Positions 1 through 8,736 of a DNA stretch of 64,000 bases are shown here, piece by piece. Source of the DNA: Candidatus Shapirobacteria bacterium (GTDB lineage: Bacteria > Patescibacteriota > Microgenomatia > UBA12405). How positions within the stretch are numbered: position 1 is the first letter of the stretch; each line of letters opens with the position of its first letter. The stretch is taken from contig JALHFY010000002.1 in the NCBI GenBank assembly GCA_022837635.1, positions 69,055 to 133,054 on the forward strand, given 5' to 3'. A program made the translations under genes and the position numbers. The notes under the pieces were generated by a model, which saw only the letters and a list, made by a program, of their open reading frames with translations, did no database searches and was not told where the DNA came from.

Positions 1-281
1 TTTAGGTTTTCTATAAATAAACCTGAATCCATGGCTATAAGAGGTTTTTTAATCTGCTGATAACATTTTTTAACTTTATCAATGATTAAATCTTCTGGAG
101 TATCGGCTTGGATTTCATCTACAGTTACTTCGGTGCCTATAACTTTAATTTTGTATTTGTTCAAGACTAACTGTGCGGATTCAATTTTGTTTTTGTTGGT
201 GGTGGTGAAAATGATTTGCATATACTGTTTATTAATAATTATACTGGGCTGAATTTTGACTTTCCAACTTGTTAAAATAAG

Positions 282-704
282 TTGATGGAGTTTTTACCAA
301 TATTGGCTGAGTTTTTGGTAAGTGATATGGATAAAAGTTTAAGATTTTATGTGGATATAATCGGTTTTAAGGTGGAATATGGCCGAGATAATCCTAGGTT
401 TGCTTTTTTATCTTTTAACGGCAGTCAAATTATGCTGCAAGAATTAAAACCGGGTGAAAAAGAGGTGGAAAAACTAGAATACCCCTTTGGCAGAGGGATT
501 AATTTTCAGATTGATACTCCCAGTGTGCAAAAAATTATGGATAATTTGAAAAAAAATAATTATCCACTAAAAAGAGGGGTAAAAGATAGTTGGTATCGAG
601 CGGGAAAGGTGGAGTATGGTTGCCGGGAAATTTTAGTGATGGATCCGGATGGGTATTTACTCAGATTTTCGGAAGGGTTAAAAAAACGACAATGTGATAC
701 CTAA
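282..704 (+). CDS. Glyoxalase/bleomycin-resistance (VOC) family protein
   Basis: 140 aa; N-terminal beta-alpha-beta-beta-beta VOC-like pattern (FYVDIIGF... ILVMDPDGYLLRF). The 3' end is repeated at 5909-5970. Confidence 0.55.
   Translation: MMEFLPILAEFLVSDMDKSLRFYVDIIGFKVEYGRDNPRFAFLSFNGSQIMLQELKPGEKEVEKLEYPFGRGINFQIDTPSVQKIMDNLKKNNYPLKRGVKDSWYRAGKVEYGCREILVMDPDGYLLRFSEGLKKRQCDT
615..676. repeat. 62-bp direct repeat copy 1 (3' end of glyoxalase gene); left boundary of island
   Basis: tatggttgccgggaaattttagtgatggatccggatgggtatttactcagattttcggaagg; 60/62 identical to 5909-5970. Confidence 0.9.
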
Positions 705-728
705 TTAATGAATCAATGGTTAATCTCT

Positions 729-1175
729 TTAGGGTTCTAAATATTGTAAAGATTTTAATAATTGTCCAATAGTACCTGTAGGACTATTGAGTCCGATGGT
801 TTTTAGTTTTTTGGCTTCATCTAAGGAATACCATCCAAAATCATCAAGTTCTTCACATAGTTTTATTTTTAATTCTTTAATTTGCTGTGGCATTTTAATC
901 AGAAAAATTAACCCTAATTTGGTTGGTGAATGAAAATCCTTTGTCCAAGAATAACTATGTAGAAAGATGGGAGTTGAACTGGATTTTAAACCAACTTCCT
1001 CTACCATCTCTCGATAAATTGCTTGTTCTACAGTCTCCCCAACTTCAACCTTACCACCCATATTTTGCCAATATCCTGGAAAAATGTCGTCTGTTTTGGA
1101 TCTTTTTACCAATAAAAATTTGTTTTCTGCCCTGATAACCAGAATGATTGATATGACTTGAAGAGGATGGTTCAT
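729..1175 (-). CDS. NUDIX hydrolase
   Basis: Canonical Nudix box GKVEVGETVEQAIYREMVEEVGL (Gx5Ex7REUxEExGU). Confidence 0.85.
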   Translation of the reverse strand: MNHPLQVISIILVIRAENKFLLVKRSKTDDIFPGYWQNMGGKVEVGETVEQAIYREMVEEVGLKSSSTPIFLHSYSWTKDFHSPTKLGLIFLIKMPQQIKELKIKLCEELDDFGWYSLDEAKKLKTIGLNSPTGTIGQLLKSLQYLEP

Positions 1176-1186
1176 AATAATGAAGA

Positions 1187-2023
1187 TTATAATTTAAAAA
1201 TAACTTTAGTGCGAGATTCAATATCTTTACCTGTGCTGTTTACAATGAGATTATTGTATTTTTTAATCTTATCGTTAAACCATTTTTGACTTGGTCGATA
1301 TTTACTGTGTTTATGAATTTTTAAAATTTGAATATAGTCATTTTGCCAATCTTGGTAGTTTGCGTTAGCACACATACCATCTTTACCGTACCTAGAAAAG
1401 TATTTGACTAGTGATAAAGGAATATGTAAAAAACCATTAGGATATTTGTTAACAAGTTGCAATAAGAGTTCCCAATCATGCATATATTTAATTTCTTTTC
1501 TCCAAGAGATACCTGGTTCATTTATATGAAAGAGACCATTAGTGTCAAAGCGTTTTGTTCTATTAATTACATCAAAAATATTAATGTTGTCACCAAAAGA
1601 AGATGATTCTTCGGTGTATTTTAATAAAATACCATCTGTATTAAAAAGTTCCCATCTTACATTTTGATTGCAAAATCCAAACTTAATTAAATAATTGTCG
1701 TGTATATGTTGATTAAGATAATAAAGATAATCGTCTCTGTATTCATTATCGCTATCAAGATAGCATATCCATTTGCCTAAAACATGTGTTAATCCGTTAT
1801 TTCTAGCAATACAAGGACCTTGGTTTGGTTGAAAAAAATACTTAATTCGTTCATCATTGAATTCTGCAATTAATTTTTTTGTATCGTCGTTTGAACCATC
1901 ATCTACGATAATAAGTTCCCAGTAAGGATATCTTTGATTAACAACACTAAGAATTGATTTCCAAAGAATATAGGCCCTGTTATAGGTTGGTAATATGATT
2001 GAAAATTTAGGCTTAGGATTCAC
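1187..2023 (-). CDS. Family-2 glycosyltransferase (GT-A fold)
   Basis: FSIILPTYNR...ELIIVDDGSNDDT...YLDSDNE; typical GT2 DXD arrangement. Confidence 0.8.
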   Translation of the reverse strand: MNPKPKFSIILPTYNRAYILWKSILSVVNQRYPYWELIIVDDGSNDDTKKLIAEFNDERIKYFFQPNQGPCIARNNGLTHVLGKWICYLDSDNEYRDDYLYYLNQHIHDNYLIKFGFCNQNVRWELFNTDGILLKYTEESSSFGDNINIFDVINRTKRFDTNGLFHINEPGISWRKEIKYMHDWELLLQLVNKYPNGFLHIPLSLVKYFSRYGKDGMCANANYQDWQNDYIQILKIHKHSKYRPSQKWFNDKIKKYNNLIVNSTGKDIESRTKVIFKL

Positions 2024-2678
2024 CAGACAATAAATTATTAATAATTTTTAAGTCAGATTCTGTGTAAGTAATATTATCTCTAATTAACTGCCAGGTTTCA
2101 TTAAATTGATATTGGGGTCGTCTAGCGAGATTCCAATTCTTGGAGGGATGTAAAGACGCAATTAATGGAATTCGTTGATAATGTAAAATTTGGTTGACTC
2201 TATTACAAAGATTGTCTTTACCTAGTAAAAAATCAACTACTTTATTCCCCAGACAAATTATTAATTCTGGATTAATTATTTCAATTTCTTTCTTTAAATA
2301 AGTTTGTGCACAATAATTGTTTGGGTGTCCTTGGGCGTAGCATTTACAAAAATGAGTCCAATAAAAGTTTCTATTAAATATTTGTTGAAATTGAGAAAAT
2401 TCATGGCGTATTTTATTTACAGACTCTTCTTTGTCACTACCTGTAAAGATTAATGACATAAATCTTAATGCAAAATCAGAATGAGGTACTGTATCGTCGA
2501 GTTTTTTATTTGTATCACTGGATGGATCAGAACTTATAATAATAAAGCGTTGGGTGCTAGAAAAATAATTTAGTACAGGTTTAAATTTCTTAATTCTGCT
2601 GCAAGGAGGAGCTGCTTGTTTATAAAGTGGACATTGGCGAATATGAGAAAAAAATGTGTTGATTTGCACAGAACTCAT
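2013..2678 (-). CDS. Uracil-DNA-glycosylase superfamily protein (family-4-like, divergent motif A)
   Basis: N-terminal C-x-CPL (RQCPLY) as in family-4 UDG; C-terminal motif B HPSxxN (LHPSKNWN); extra Cys (FCKC...C) compatible with an Fe-S ligand set; motif A is SSDPS rather than GEAPG. Confidence 0.4.
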   Translation of the reverse strand: MSSVQINTFFSHIRQCPLYKQAAPPCSRIKKFKPVLNYFSSTQRFIIISSDPSSDTNKKLDDTVPHSDFALRFMSLIFTGSDKEESVNKIRHEFSQFQQIFNRNFYWTHFCKCYAQGHPNNYCAQTYLKKEIEIINPELIICLGNKVVDFLLGKDNLCNRVNQILHYQRIPLIASLHPSKNWNLARRPQYQFNETWQLIRDNITYTESDLKIINNLLSGES

Positions 2679-2679
2679 A

Positions 2680-3228
2680 TTAGTATAAAGACGCAGGTTT
2701 AAGATAAAAATGACTAGACCCCATAGTAATTTTGACTATTTTACGAGTAGTTTCTGGAAATCTACACTCTAGCAAGATTCGATTTAATAAATTGCAAGCA
2801 AAAAGTGCATCCCATGGTAAAAGTTTTACAACATCAGTACTTCGAATGTGCATGAATAATATGGCTGTTTTATGTCTGTAAATTATTTGGACATGAGAGA
2901 TACAATCGGTTGTAGAAAACACGAATCTACGTGAAGTGTAGTCTTGAGTCTTGTCAAAATAAAAAAGTTGTTCAATGGACTGTTTTAATCCTCTAAAAAT
3001 TAATTCATATAGATTGTGTTCTAGACTTCTAATTACTTGGGTTTTTATGCCCTTTGCTTCATAAGAATCTCGAATACTGTTTTCTTCCTCAAGTAAATTC
3101 ATTTTGGTGATATCTAGCTCAATTACTTCTCCTACTAATTCTTTAGTGCCGTTTATTTCTGTCCCCTTAGTTTCAATTTTGTTATAAAGATCAATAGTAT
3201 GTTGAATGATGATTGCGTTATTTTTCAT
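2680..3228 (-). CDS. Compact ThyA-family enzyme (thymidylate synthase / dNMP C5-hydroxymethylase-like)
   Basis: By-eye alignment to ThyA: SRRFVFS~SRRIIVSAW; DCISHVQIIY~PCHAFFQFYV (catalytic Cys retained); HIRSTDVVKLLPWDALFACNLL~[21 protein letters not shown]. Only 182 aa. Asp (PWD) replaces ThyA Asn (PFN). Confidence 0.55.
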   Translation of the reverse strand: MKNNAIIIQHTIDLYNKIETKGTEINGTKELVGEVIELDITKMNLLEEENSIRDSYEAKGIKTQVIRSLEHNLYELIFRGLKQSIEQLFYFDKTQDYTSRRFVFSTTDCISHVQIIYRHKTAILFMHIRSTDVVKLLPWDALFACNLLNRILLECRFPETTRKIVKITMGSSHFYLKPASLY

Positions 3229-3652
3229 ATTTTTGTATTTTAACTATTATTTCATCAACTGTGTCTTGAATAGACTTATTGGTTGTATCCACCACTTCGA
3301 TTGGTATTAAAGAAACTTGTTGATATTTTTGATAGGCTTTAATCGCTTTGTCGAGTAATAAAATCCTTTCATTAGGTGATTCATCCTCTTTTTTGATCCT
3401 TTCTATAAGAATATTTCTATCGCATTGTAAAAGAATTGTAATTACTGGTGTTGATTTTATTGATGCTAATTCTTTCTCGATTTTTAATAACTCTTTAAAT
3501 CTGTTTCTTCTCTGGGTAATAAGATCATATACAAAAGCGGAACCTAAACACCTATCAATACAAAAGTGTTGATAATTAGTGGCTTGATCAACAGCTTTAA
3601 GAAGAGTTGATTTTCCGGTTTTGTCTACACCTTCAAAGAAGATAAAAGCCAT
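3218..3652 (-). CDS. P-loop nucleotide/nucleoside monophosphate kinase-like (Tmk/dNK-like, mini)
   Basis: FIFFEGVDKTGKSTL Walker A typical of dTMP/dNMP kinases; 144 aa, shorter than canonical Tmk. Confidence 0.5.
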   Translation of the reverse strand: MAFIFFEGVDKTGKSTLLKAVDQATNYQHFCIDRCLGSAFVYDLITQRRNRFKELLKIEKELASIKSTPVITILLQCDRNILIERIKKEDESPNERILLLDKAIKAYQKYQQVSLIPIEVVDTTNKSIQDTVDEIIVKIQKYEK

Positions 3653-4560
3653 TAAATTTTTTTAAAACCTATATATTTTTCTGTCCTTACGGGTGGTAAG
3701 TCGTACACCATTTCAAATACTGTTTTATTATAAATAAAGTTTTTCTTGTTATAGTCAAAATCATGAATACTATCAGGAATAAACATTGATGTACCAGTTA
3801 AACGATCAGATTTCGTGTAAAAACAATTACCACTTTGACACTTGTTTTCTAAAAGTTTTTTCAAAAAGGGAAAACGTTTCAGTATAACTTTTCTCATTTT
3901 TCTGGCTACAATAACCATTTCTGGTTCTTGTGTTTGGGTACAATCTCTTTTTTGTATAAAACTTATTAAAGTAACCAGATTAAATTTGACATAAATAAAT
4001 GTCTCTAAACAGTGTGGAAGTATTCGTCTGGCATCTAAGATGGGTATATCCATCGTATCTAACATATCAGCATATATTTTTTTTGATGTTAATACATTGT
4101 GCTGGAATTGCTTATACAGAGGCTTGTTTTTATACAGACTTCTTGGAACTAAGACATCATGATGTCTCCAATCCTTATCTCCTGAGCATTGCTGAGAATA
4201 AGTAGCACCTATTCTATTTCTAACGATTTGGTGGGTGACAATACGAGTAATTCCTGATATTGAAAACACAAAATCATAGAGTTCTAATGAAAGAGGCAGA
4301 CCATTACCCTGAAATGCTGCTATATTGAGATTTGATAATAGTTTGTGGTCTTTTTTGGGATTAACACCGGGTACATAAGGATTATTGGCCCACGTTGCTT
4401 GTTGAAAGGCATAGGAAGATAAGTGTATGCTTTCATCCGGCCAATGTATTAAATCAACCTTGATTGAAGTTAATCCGTCTTTAAACTTAGTTTTAGGAAT
4501 TTCGCCTTTAAGCACGTAAGATGGTTTTTTCCTAACCGGAATGGTGTTTTTATGTGGCAT
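3652..4560 (-). CDS. thyX: Flavin-dependent thymidylate synthase family protein (ThyX-like)
   Basis: ThyX signature region FVFSISGITRIVTHQIVRNRIGATYSQQCSG aligns to [30 protein letters not shown] (RHR motif present as RNR). ARRILPHCLETFIYVKFNLVTLISFIQKR aligns to [29 protein letters not shown]. Confidence 0.6.
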   Translation of the reverse strand: MPHKNTIPVRKKPSYVLKGEIPKTKFKDGLTSIKVDLIHWPDESIHLSSYAFQQATWANNPYVPGVNPKKDHKLLSNLNIAAFQGNGLPLSLELYDFVFSISGITRIVTHQIVRNRIGATYSQQCSGDKDWRHHDVLVPRSLYKNKPLYKQFQHNVLTSKKIYADMLDTMDIPILDARRILPHCLETFIYVKFNLVTLISFIQKRDCTQTQEPEMVIVARKMRKVILKRFPFLKKLLENKCQSGNCFYTKSDRLTGTSMFIPDSIHDFDYNKKNFIYNKTVFEMVYDLPPVRTEKYIGFKKI

Positions 4561-5812
4561 CGGCTTGTTTTTTGGGTTTTATAAATTTTTTGTAACGATT
4601 GTCAATAATTTTTGATTTTCTCCAAAATTCTGTAAAAAAATCTTCGATACTGAATCCCCAGACGTTTCCAATCCCTAACCAATATTTAAACACATCAATC
4701 CACTCTTCAAGGATTTGTGATTTATCTATTTGAACAGTTTTGTATTCTTCAGTTTTCCAGTTAATTTTACTTAGTAATTCGTGGACTTCATCAGTAAGTC
4801 TTAAAGCAAAATCTTTAGTTAATACCTGTTGTTTATCAATATCTTGAACATTAAAGTCAAAAAAATTAAGGTTGAAGTCTTTCTGTTTATTCCAGACTGA
4901 TACAAAATCAAACTGTGTAATAGATTGTTTAATAACCTCTTGAATTTTTACTCTATGATCCCATGTGGCAAACCTACCTAAAAACCTGACTTTGGGGGGC
5001 GGAATATTGTTTAGATTACTCTTAACAATACCATAGTGATCATACCAGTGATTAATAATTTTTAGACCAGGTACTAGTTTCTTTATTTCATTTTTTTCGT
5101 ATTTTCCTGTAAACTCATATAGAAAGATACCATTTTTCATGCTGTTTACTCTGGTATAAGGAATTTTTTTGTCACCAAAATATACCAAGTCCCATATTAT
5201 TTTTTGGTCTGGCAATGGGTTTGTCCTAGAGACTACAAAGGTAATAGGAAGAGCTTCTAATTTTTTTTCTTGTTGATAAAGTTTCCAAAAAACTGGAGCG
5301 GGAATAGTTGAAATGAGTTGAGTATACGGAAATCGACCTGTTTCGCATATTATCTCATCACTGGTAATACGTATAGCTTTGTCTTTTATAATATGGATTC
5401 TTTTTTCTAATTTAGAAATTAATGTTTGATAGTTGATATCAAGAATTGGAATATAATTATCCTGATACGAAAGAGTCTTATCTTTATTTAGATTATTGTT
5501 GGGAGCACAGTTCATTTTCTTTGAGATAATCCTGTCTGTTTCTTGAAGGTTGACAGCATCTTTTAATTTGCCGTCAATAAAATATTTGATTACATGTGTT
5601 TTAAGTCTTAATGGAATATCAAGATCTGATAATAATTTCCTAGTCTCTAAAGAATCATGAATTAACACAGTACCAGCAATGTGTTCATTAGATAATTTAC
5701 CTCCAATTTCTGGCGAAATTACAATGTAATCTGGATTGTAAAAAGCAAATAATAGGCCAGAAATACCACCTCCAAGGATATATTTACAATTAGAATTCGT
5801 TTTAGAATTCAT
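4550..5812 (-). CDS. FAD-binding protein, UDP-galactopyranose mutase (Glf)-like
   Basis: N-terminal Rossmann GGGISG; PYTRV and GRFATWDHR resemble Glf PYTRITEHK and GRLGTYRYLD. Confidence 0.45.
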   Translation of the reverse strand: MNSKTNSNCKYILGGGISGLLFAFYNPDYIVISPEIGGKLSNEHIAGTVLIHDSLETRKLLSDLDIPLRLKTHVIKYFIDGKLKDAVNLQETDRIISKKMNCAPNNNLNKDKTLSYQDNYIPILDINYQTLISKLEKRIHIIKDKAIRITSDEIICETGRFPYTQLISTIPAPVFWKLYQQEKKLEALPITFVVSRTNPLPDQKIIWDLVYFGDKKIPYTRVNSMKNGIFLYEFTGKYEKNEIKKLVPGLKIINHWYDHYGIVKSNLNNIPPPKVRFLGRFATWDHRVKIQEVIKQSITQFDFVSVWNKQKDFNLNFFDFNVQDIDKQQVLTKDFALRLTDEVHELLSKINWKTEEYKTVQIDKSQILEEWIDVFKYWLGIGNVWGFSIEDFFTEFWRKSKIIDNRYKKFIKPKKQADAT

Positions 5813-5908
5813 TGTGTGTAATTGTACCGTAAAATGTGGAAAAAAACAATGGTTATTCCCGGTACAAAAGAATATGGAACATAGACTCTAATTTTTTAAC
5901 TAATTGAA

Positions 5909-5970
5909 TATGGTTGTCGGGAAATTTTGGTGATGGATCCGGATGGGTATTTACTCAGATTTTCGGAAGG
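5909..5970. repeat. 62-bp direct repeat copy 2 (orphan glyoxalase 3' fragment); right boundary of island
   Basis: In frame this reads YGCREILVMDPDGYLLRFSEGLGGEEIK*, a gene remnant. It overlaps the last codons of the P-loop gene 5955-6437. Confidence 0.9.
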
Positions 5971-6437
5971 CTTGGGGGGTGAAGAGATAAAATAAATTTA
6001 TCTAATTCTTTAGTGTGCTTAAAAATCAGAATGCGGGCTTGAGGTGAATGGGTTTTAATTAGTCTCATAATCTTGGGACGACTGGTAAAGCGCCAGGTAA
6101 TTAACCACCACCAAAAATCAAACCTTTCTTTGTCTCTCTTAATAGCTCGACTAAGACAGCACAGGAGAGGGAAATCCAAAATGATAATGGTGTCAGCAGC
6201 TTTGAGTCTAACCTCAAGAGCATCGTATTTACCTAAGTCACCGTCGATAATCCATGCTTTATCAACAACTAGTTTTTTCTGAATTTTTTTCCATTGATTA
6301 ATAGGAGTAGGAATCAGGCCGGGTTGCCAAAAATATTTATCTAACTCCAGGTGAGGAATGTTTAGTATTTGGCTAAGTTTTTTGGCGAGAGTAGTTTTAC
6401 CGGATGCTCCAGGTCCGAGAATGATAATTTTTTTCAT
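5955..6437 (-). CDS. P-loop NTPase (adenylate-kinase/topology-modulation-like AAA family)
   Basis: IIILGPGASGKTTLAKKL Walker A; 160 aa. Confidence 0.6.
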   Translation of the reverse strand: MKKIIILGPGASGKTTLAKKLSQILNIPHLELDKYFWQPGLIPTPINQWKKIQKKLVVDKAWIIDGDLGKYDALEVRLKAADTIIILDFPLLCCLSRAIKRDKERFDFWWWLITWRFTSRPKIMRLIKTHSPQARILIFKHTKELDKFILSLHPPSLPKI

Positions 6438-6449
6438 AGTTGATTTGAA

Positions 6450-7430
6450 TTAACAAAATTTAGAGAGAATGCTTAATAATTTTTGACTGCTTTCCTGAAT
6501 TCCTTTTTTGTAATCTTGTGAACAATACCAAGATAAGGTATCCAAGCCCATGTCTAATTGAATTAGATAAAACAAATCTTCGTAAGATGAAGATTTTAAG
6601 AGACTTTTGTTTTGGTAGCCTTCTATCAGATATTTATATAAATTATTATCTCCGTAAAAAAATTCCCAACGCGCTAAATCAAAAACAGGACTATGCCCCA
6701 AAACATCTTCAAAGTCAATAATACCAGTAATTTTATTATCTTCACAAACAATATGTTTCGGACCAAAATCTCCATGAACCATAAAAGAATTTATGTTTGG
6801 AAATGTCCTGGCAGTTTTGTTAATTATAGAAATGATAGTTTGAATTTTTTGTCTAGATAAGAGGGATTTTTGAGATAATTTAAGATAATTCATAGAGTCT
6901 TTGTTTTTTTGAGTCATAAGTTCAATAAAACTAGAATATATGCCTTGACCAGATGGTTTTAAATGTCCAAAACCTGATATAGAGATACTATGAATTTTGG
7001 AAAGAATATTGCCAGCTTCAATTAAAATTTTCTTAAGATTTGAAGGGGATATTTGTTTTATTTGTGTACCAATACCAAGTGTATGTCCAGGAAGTTTGTT
7101 TTCGAAACAAAGTAGTAACTTACGACCTTGTAATTCAATTTCTTGAATAGCAATAACTTCGGGACAAGGAATATTTAATAGACGACATTGTTGGAACGCC
7201 CACTTCTCTTGATAAAAACCACCTTTAGAACGATTATGACTAATTCGTAAAATGATTTCTTTGTTATTTTTTAATTTAATTTCGTAAACTTCATTAATTT
7301 CACCAGCAACTATCCTTTTTTTGAATATAGGTTTACTTTTAGTAATTTTATAAATACACGCATCGAGAAAAGCGCTGTCTGTATTTTTTTGAAGGTGTAA
7401 CTTGTCGAGATATGTTTGATAATTAGACAC
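6450..7430 (-). CDS. Aminoglycoside/choline-kinase-like phosphotransferase (APH family)
   Basis: Brenner motif HGDFGPKHI and IDFEDV (DFG-like). Confidence 0.65.
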   Translation of the reverse strand: MSNYQTYLDKLHLQKNTDSAFLDACIYKITKSKPIFKKRIVAGEINEVYEIKLKNNKEIILRISHNRSKGGFYQEKWAFQQCRLLNIPCPEVIAIQEIELQGRKLLLCFENKLPGHTLGIGTQIKQISPSNLKKILIEAGNILSKIHSISISGFGHLKPSGQGIYSSFIELMTQKNKDSMNYLKLSQKSLLSRQKIQTIISIINKTARTFPNINSFMVHGDFGPKHIVCEDNKITGIIDFEDVLGHSPVFDLARWEFFYGDNNLYKYLIEGYQNKSLLKSSSYEDLFYLIQLDMGLDTLSWYCSQDYKKGIQESSQKLLSILSKFC

Positions 7431-8676
7431 GCTGTTTCAGTAAAGATAAAGAGTGTTTGTAGGCGATAAGAACATCCTCAATACAATTACTCCAATTTCT
7501 TTCTTTGGAAACATATTTACGAGCTGAAACTGAAAGTCGAGTGACTAGAGAAGTATCATTATAAAGTGTTTCAATAGCATTTGGGTACTTAGAAAAATCA
7601 TTTTCAACAATCATGTATTTTTTAATATCAAGCTCTAAACCTTCAACAGATAAGTCAGTCCCAATAACAGGAATCCCAGCGGCCATATAGTCTAAAATTT
7701 TCAGTCTAGTACCAGAACCGGTTATTAAGGGAGCTAAAGCAATATCTACTTGATTAAATAAGTGATTCAAGTCGTCAACCCATCCTAAAAACTTAATGTT
7801 TGGAGAAGAATATTTGCGTTGTAAAAAAGGCGAGCCTTTACCAGCTATTAGAAAATTTTTATTTACTTTGGGAGAAATTTGTGTGGCAATAATATCGACA
7901 GCCTGTTGATTAGGGGTATAGTTTAAGTGCCCTAAAAATAGGACATTATTATTGGTAAGATGGTGACGTTTTTTAAATTTTATATTGTCGACAGTAATGC
8001 CACCTCTATATATGAAAAGTTTATCCTTGGAACATCCTAAGTTTAGGATGGAATCATAATTTTCTTTAGAACGAACAATAACAGTGTCAGAGTTTTGAAT
8101 AGCTTGTTTTTCTTCTTCTTTAATACGCTCAATCTCTTGGGGATGGGCACCTAATTGTTTAATTAATTCGTTTTCTACATTATGAACTTCAAAAAGGAGT
8201 TTACAAGAGCTAGGTAATAATTGATGTTGAATATTGATTGCTTCGGCTGAATCAAAATGACATATCTGAATACCTAAGGAATTAATAGCCGTAGATATAA
8301 GTTTTTTGTTGGTGTAAAAATCTTTAGGATCAATAAAAACGGTGTGAAAATTTTGTTCTTTATAAAGATTAAAATCTGACCAACCTCGATAACAATAAAA
8401 TAAATAAACTTCAATATTTTTTTTAGAAAGAGCGTTAATCATTCCAAGAATTGAAGTAACAGCGCCAGTAGAAACCGGAAGAAAGGGACCGTCACGAAAA
8501 AAGGCTACTTTTATTTTTTGATTATTTTGTTTAGTTTGATCTAAATTTCCAAAAAATATTTTTCGAGAATTTTTAGGTATAACAACAATTTGTCCAGGAG
8601 TGGTTAAATCAAATTCTTTCTTATTTGAATCGTTTTGAAGAATTTCTTCTATCCAGAGAGGAAGTTTCTTGGTCAT
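7423..8676 (-). CDS. Family-1 (GT-B, GT4-like) glycosyltransferase
   Basis: C-terminal GT-B nucleotide-sugar-binding half (FLGWVDD...APLITGSGTRLKILDYMAAGIPVI). Confidence 0.7.
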   Translation of the reverse strand: MTKKLPLWIEEILQNDSNKKEFDLTTPGQIVVIPKNSRKIFFGNLDQTKQNNQKIKVAFFRDGPFLPVSTGAVTSILGMINALSKKNIEVYLFYCYRGWSDFNLYKEQNFHTVFIDPKDFYTNKKLISTAINSLGIQICHFDSAEAINIQHQLLPSSCKLLFEVHNVENELIKQLGAHPQEIERIKEEEKQAIQNSDTVIVRSKENYDSILNLGCSKDKLFIYRGGITVDNIKFKKRHHLTNNNVLFLGHLNYTPNQQAVDIIATQISPKVNKNFLIAGKGSPFLQRKYSSPNIKFLGWVDDLNHLFNQVDIALAPLITGSGTRLKILDYMAAGIPVIGTDLSVEGLELDIKKYMIVENDFSKYPNAIETLYNDTSLVTRLSVSARKYVSKERNWSNCIEDVLIAYKHSLSLLKQRV

Positions 8677-8736
8677 GTATTAAAAATTTGGGTTATTTTA
8701 ACATAAAAATCATTTTTATGGTATTATTCGCCCAAG

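Noticed and set aside
3652-4560. Considered whether ThyX and the ThyA-like gene are redundant housekeeping thymidylate synthases
   Set aside because: Carrying both for the same reaction is uncommon. The ThyA-like protein is truncated to the catalytic core with an Asn-to-Asp change at the specificity position, which favours a distinct substrate, so the pair is kept as a finding.
677-5908. Considered whether the island is a prophage remnant
   Set aside because: No integrase, capsid, terminase or other phage structural genes are present, and the contents are enzymatic only. The 62-bp repeats could still reflect an old integration event, which is reported as a finding instead.
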